Source: Amphiscolops sp. MND2022
Lineage: Eukaryota
Assembly: GCA_964187785.1 (NCBI GenBank)
Contig: OZ076409.1
Coordinates: 97,652,001 to 97,716,000 of the forward strand
Direction: 5' to 3'
DNA length: 64,000 bases
Below, piece after piece: positions 58,301 to 64,000 of the stretch. The notes under the pieces are model-generated. The model worked only from the letters and a program-made list of their open reading frames with translations. It did not search any database and was not told the DNA's origin. Within the stretch, counting starts at the first letter, position 1, and the number at the start of each line of letters is the position of its first letter. The translations under genes were made by a program, and so were the position numbers.

Positions 58301-61300
58301 ATGACTATAGTCGACTCTTGGGGTAGAACTATTCTGGTCACTTCAGGTGTATCGAATAAAAAACACTGACGAAAAGCCATGACTATAGTCGACTTTTGGG
58401 GTAGAACTATTCTGGTCACTTCAGGTGTATCGAAAAAAGAACAGTGACGAAAAGCCATGACTATAGTCGACTCTTGGGGTAGAACTATTCTGGTCACTTC
58501 AGGTGTATCGAAAAAAGAACAGTGACGAAAAGCCATGACTATAGTCGACTCTTGGGGTAGAACTATTCTGGTCACTTCAGGTGTATCGAAAAAAAAACAC
58601 TGACGAAAAGCCATGACTATAGTCGACTCTTGGGGTAGAACTATTCTGGTCACTTCAGGTGTATCGAAAAAAAAACACTGACGAAAAGCCATCACTATAG
58701 TCGACTCTTGGGGTAGAACTATTCTGGTCACTTCAGGTGTATCGAATAAAAAACACTGACGAAAAGCCATGACTATAGTCGACTCTTGGGGTAGAACTAT
58801 TCTGGTCACTTCAGGTGTATCGAAAAAAACACTGACGAAAAGCCATGACTATAGTCGACTCTTGGGGTAGAACTATTCTGGTCACTTCAGGTGTATCGAA
58901 AAAAACACTGACGAAAAGCCATGACTATAGTCGACTCTTGGGGTAGAACTATTCTGGTCACTTCAGGTGTATCGAAAAAAAAACACTGACGAAAAGCCAT
59001 CACTATAGTCGACTCTTGGGGTAGAACTATTCTGGTCACTTCAGGTGTATCGAAAAAAACACTGACGAAAAGCCATCACTATAGTCGACTCTTGGGGTAG
59101 AACTATTCTGGTCACTTCAGGTGTATCGAAAAAAAAACAAAACACTGACGAAAAGCCATGACTATAGTCGACTCTTGGGGTAGAACTATTCTGGTCACTT
59201 CAGGTGTATCGACAAAAACACTGACGAAAAGGCATCACTATAGTCGACTCTTGGGGTAGAACTATTCTGGTCACTTCAGGTGTATCGAAAAAAGAACAGT
59301 GACGAAAAGCCATGACTATAGTCGACTCTTGGGGTAGAACTATTCTGGTCACTTCAGGTGTATCGAAAAAAACACTGACGAAAAGCCATGACTATAGTCG
59401 ACTCTTGGGGTAGAACTATTCTGGTCACTTCAGGTGTATCGAAAAAAAAGCACTGACGAAAAGCCATGACTATAGTCGACTCTTGGGGTAGAACTATTCT
59501 GGTCACTTAAGGTGTATCGAAAAAAAAACACTGACGAAAAGCCATCACTATAGTCGACTCTTGGGGTAGAACTATTCTGGTCACTTCAGGTGTATCGAAA
59601 AAAACACTGACGAAAAGCCATGACTATAGTCGACTCTTGGGGTAGAACTATTCTGGTTACTTCAGGTGTATCGAAAAAAGAACAGTGACGAAAAGCCATG
59701 ACTATAGTCGACTCTTGGGGTAGAACTATTCTGGTCACTTCAGGTGTATCGAAAAAAACACTGACGAAAAGCCATGACTATAGTCGACTCTTGGGGTAGA
59801 ACTATTCTGGTCACTTCAGGTGTATCGAAAAAAAACACTGACGAAAAGCCATCACTATAGTCGACTCTTGGGGTAGAACTATTCTGGTCACTTCAGGTGT
59901 ATCGAAAAAAGAACAGTGACGAAAAGCCATGACTATAGTCGACTCTTGGGGTAGAACTATTCTGGTCACTTCAGGTGTATCGAAAAAAACACTGACGAAA
60001 AGCCATGACTATAGTCGATTCTTGGGGTAGAACTATTCTGGTCACTTCAGGTGTATCGAAAAAAAACACTGACGAAAAGCCATGACTATAGTCGACTCTT
60101 GGGGTAGAACTATTCTGGTCACTTCAGGTGTATCGAAAAAAAAACACTGACGAAAAGCCATCACTATAGTCGACTCTTGGGGTAGAACTATTCTGGTCAC
60201 TTCAGGTGTATCGAAAAAAACACTGACGAAAAGCCATCACTATAGTCGACTCTTGGGGTAGAACTATTCTGGTCACTTCAGGTGTATCGAAAAAAGAACA
60301 GTGACGAAAAGCCATGACTATAGTCGACTCTTGGGGTAGAACTATTCTGGTCACTTCAGGTGTATCGAATAAAAAACACTGACGAAAAGCCATGACTATA
60401 GTCGACTCTTGGGGTAGAACTATTCTGGTCACTTCAGGTGTATCGAAAAAAAAACACTGACGAAAAGCCATGACTATAGTCGACTCTTGGGGTAGAACTA
60501 TTCTGGTCACTTCAGGTGTATCGAAAAAAGAACAGTGACGAAAAGCCATGACTATAGTCGACTCTTGGGGTAGAACTATTCTGGTCACTTCAGGTGTATC
60601 GAATAAAAAACACTGACGAAAAGCCATGACTATAGTCGACTCTTGGGGTAGAACTATTCTGGTCACTTCAGGTGTATCGAAAAAAAAACACTGACGAAAA
60701 GCCATGACTATTGTCGACTCTTGGGGTAGAACTATTCTGGTCACTTCAGGTGTATCGAAAAAAAAACACTGACGAAAAGCCATGACTATAGTCGACTCTT
60801 GGGGTAGAACTATTCTGGTCACTTCAGGTGTATCGAAAAAAAAACACTGACGAAAAGCCATGACTATAGTCGACTCTTGGGGTAGAACTATTCTGGTCAC
60901 TTCAGGTGTATCGAAAAAAAAACACTGACGAAAAGCCATCACTATAGTCGACTCTTGGGGTAGAACTATTCTGGTCACTTCAGGTGTATCGAAAAAAAAA
61001 ACACTGACGAAAAGCCATCACTGTAGTCGACTCTTGGGGTAGAACTATTCTGGTCACTTCAGGTGTATCGAATAAAAAACACTGACGAAAAGCCATGACT
61101 ATAGTCGACTCTTGGGGTAGAACTATTCTGGTCACTTCAGGTGTATCGAAAAAAACACTGACGAAAAGCCATGACTATAGTCGACTCTTGGGGTAGAACT
61201 ATTCTGGTCACTTCAGGTGTATCGAAAAAAAAACACTGACGAAAAGCCATGACTATAGTCGACTCTTGGGGTAGAACTATTCTGGTCACTTCAGGTGTAT

Positions 61301-64000
61301 CGAAAAAAAAACACTGACGAAAAGCCATCACTATAGTCGACTCTTGGGGTAGAACTATTCTGGTCACTTCAGGTGTATCGAAAAAAACACTGACGAAAAG
61401 CCATCACTATAGTCGACTCTTGGGGTAGAACTATTCTGGTCACTTCAGGTGTATCGAAAAAAGAACAGTGACGAAAAGCCATGACTATAGTCGACTCTTG
61501 GGGTAGAACTATTCTGGTCACTTCAGGTGTATCGAATAAAAAACACTGACGAAAAGCCATGACTATAGTCGACTCTTGGGGTAGAACTATTCTGGTCACT
61601 TCAGGTGTATCGAAAAAAACACTGACGAAAAGCCATGACTATAGTCGACTCTTGGGGTAGAACTATTCTGGTCACTCCAGGTGTATCGAAAAAAGAACAG
61701 TGACGAAAAGCCATGACTATAGTCGACTCTTGGGGTAGAACTATTCTGGTCACTTCAGGTGTATCGAAAAAAAACACTGACGAAAAGCCATCACTATAGT
61801 CGACTCTTGGGGTAGAACTATTCTGGTCACTTCAGGTGTATCGAAAAAAGAACAGTGACGAAAAGCCATGACTATAGTCGACTCTTGGGGTAGAACTATT
61901 CTGGTCACTTCAGGTGTATCGAAAAAAGAACAGTGACGAAAAGCCATGACTATAGTCGACTCTTGGGGTAGAACTATTCTGGTCACTTCAGGTGTATCGA
62001 AAAAAGAACAGTGACGAAAAGCCATGACTATAGTCGACTCTTGGGGTAGAACTATTCTGGTCACTTCAGGTGTATCGAAAAAAACACTGACGAAAAGCCA
62101 TGACTATAGTCGACTCTTGGGGTAGAACTATTCTGGTCACTTCAGGTGTATCGAAAAAAAACACTGACGAAAAGCCATGACTATAGTCGACTCTTGGGGT
62201 AGAACTATTCTGGTCACTTCAGGTGTATCGAAAAAAAAACACTGACGAAAAGCCATCACTATAGTCGACTCTTGGGGTAGAACTATTCTGGTCACTTCAG
62301 GTGTATCGAATAAAAAACACTGACGAAAAGCCATGACTATAGTCGACTCTTGGGGTAGAACTATTCTGGTCACTTCAGGTGTATCGAAAAAAACAGTGAC
62401 GAAAAGCCATGACTATAGTCGACTCTTGGGGTAGAACTATTCTGGTCACTTCAGGTGTATCGAAAAAAGAACAGTGACGAAAAGCCATGACTATAGTCGA
62501 CTCTTGGGGTAGAACTATTCTGGTCACTTCAGGTGTATCGAAAAAAACACTGACGAAAAGCCATGACTATAGTCGACTCTTGGGGTAGAACTATTCTGGT
62601 CACTTCAGTTGTATCGAAAAAAAACACTGACGAAAAGCCATGACTATAGTCGACTCTTGGGGTAGAACTATTCTGGTCACTTCAGGTGTATCGAAAAAAA
62701 AACACTGACGAAAAGCCATCACTATAGTCGACTCTTGGGGTAGAACTATTCTGGTCACTTCAGGTGTATCGAATAAAAAACACTGACGAAAAGCCATGAC
62801 TATAGTCGACTCTTGGGGTAGAACTATTCTGGTCACTTCAGGTGTATCGAAAAAAACAGTGACGAAAAGCCATGACTATAGTCGACTCTTGGGGTAGAAC
62901 TATTCTGGTCACTTCAGGTGTATCGAAAAAAACACTGACGAAAAGCCATGACTATAGTCGACTCTTGGGGTAGAACTATTCTGGTCACTTCAGGTGTATC
63001 GAAAAAAGAACAGTGACGAAAAGCCATGACTATAGTCGACTCTTGGGGTAGAACTATTCTGGTCACTTCAGGTGTATCGAAAAAAAAACACTGACGAAAA
63101 GCCATCACTATAGTTGACTCTTGGGGTAGAACTATTCTGGTCACTTCAGGTGTATCGAATAAAAAACACTGACGAAAAGCCATGACTATAGTCGACTCTT
63201 GGGGTAGAACTATTCTGGTCACTTCAGGTGTAACGACAAAAGAACAGTGACGAAAAGCCATGACTATAGTCGACTCTTGGGGTAGAACTATTCTGGTCAC
63301 TTCAGGTGTATCGAATAAAAAACACTGACGAAAAGCCATGACTATAGTCGACTCTTGGGGTAGAACTATTCTGGTCACTTCAGGTGTATCGAAAAAAGAA
63401 CAGTGACGAAAAGCCATGACTATAGTCGACTCTTGGGGTAGAACTATTCTGGTCACTTCAGGTGTATCGAATAAAAAACACTGACGAAAAGCCATGACTA
63501 TAGTCGACTCTTGGGGTAGAACTATTCTGGTCACTTCAGGTGTATCGAAAAAAGAACAGTGACGAAAAGCCATGACTATAGTCGACTCTTGGGGTAGAAC
63601 TATTCTGGTCACTTCAGGTGTATCGAAAAAAACACTGACGAAAAGCCATGACTATAGTCGACTCTTGGGGTAGAACTATTCTGGTCACTTCAGGTGTATC
63701 GAAAAAAAAACACTGACGAAAAGCCATCACTATAGTCGACTCTTGGGGTAGAACTATTCTGGTCACTTCAGGTGTATCGAAAAAAAACACTGACGAAAAG
63801 CCATCACTATAGTCGACTCTTGGGGCAGAACTATTCTGGTCACTTCAGGTGTATCGAAAAAAGAACAGTGACGAAAAGCCATGACTATAGTCGACTCTTG
63901 GGGTAGAACTATTCTGGTCACTTCAGGTGTATCGAAAAAAGAACAGTGACGAAAAGCCATGACTATAGTCGACTCTTGGGGTAGAACTATTCTGGTCACT
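52353..64000. repeat. Satellite DNA, mostly 76-78-bp monomer, about 150 copies, continues beyond window
   Basis: GAACTATTCTGGTCACTTCAGGTGTATCG(A)7-9CACTGACGAAAAGCCATGACTATAGTCGACTCTTGGGGTA; length variation mostly in the A-run. Confidence 0.99.

Noticed and set aside
52447..63999. Many ORFs repeating TRIVLPQESTIVMAFRQCFFFDTPEV
   Set aside because: Artefact of a 78-bp monomer lacking stops in one frame; broken wherever the A-run changes length.
52353..64000. CRISPR-like array
   Set aside because: No unique spacers and no cas genes; plain tandem satellite.

Overview
AT-rich, repeat-dense eukaryotic (animal-like) DNA. The centrepiece is an apparently intact, recently inserted 19,000-bp Ty3/gypsy LTR retroelement on the minus strand (17074-36073). 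It has 1,942-bp LTRs (5 substitutions seen by eye) and a 4-bp ATTA target-site duplication. Its organisation resembles a complex enveloped virus. From 5' to 3' it carries two paralogous hydrophobic micro-ORFs in the leader, gag, and a -1 frameshift (U UUA AAC) into a pol with a TARG1/OARD1-type macrodomain between protease and RT. These are followed by an antisense intron-containing gene, a packed cluster of small ORFs including three paralogues, and an array of five covarying structured motifs. It ends with a chuvirus-like envelope glycoprotein, an orphan ORF and a RING-less TRAF (coiled coil plus MATH) protein. Flanks hold two decayed gypsy elements, a decayed LINE, a duplicated gypsy+LINE block, non-autonomous repeats and MITE-like elements. 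There are also three exons of a host FN3 (probably GPI-anchored) gene and an ~11.6-kb 76-78-bp satellite with higher-order structure running off the window. All family assignments come from motif recognition by eye; no database search was run.
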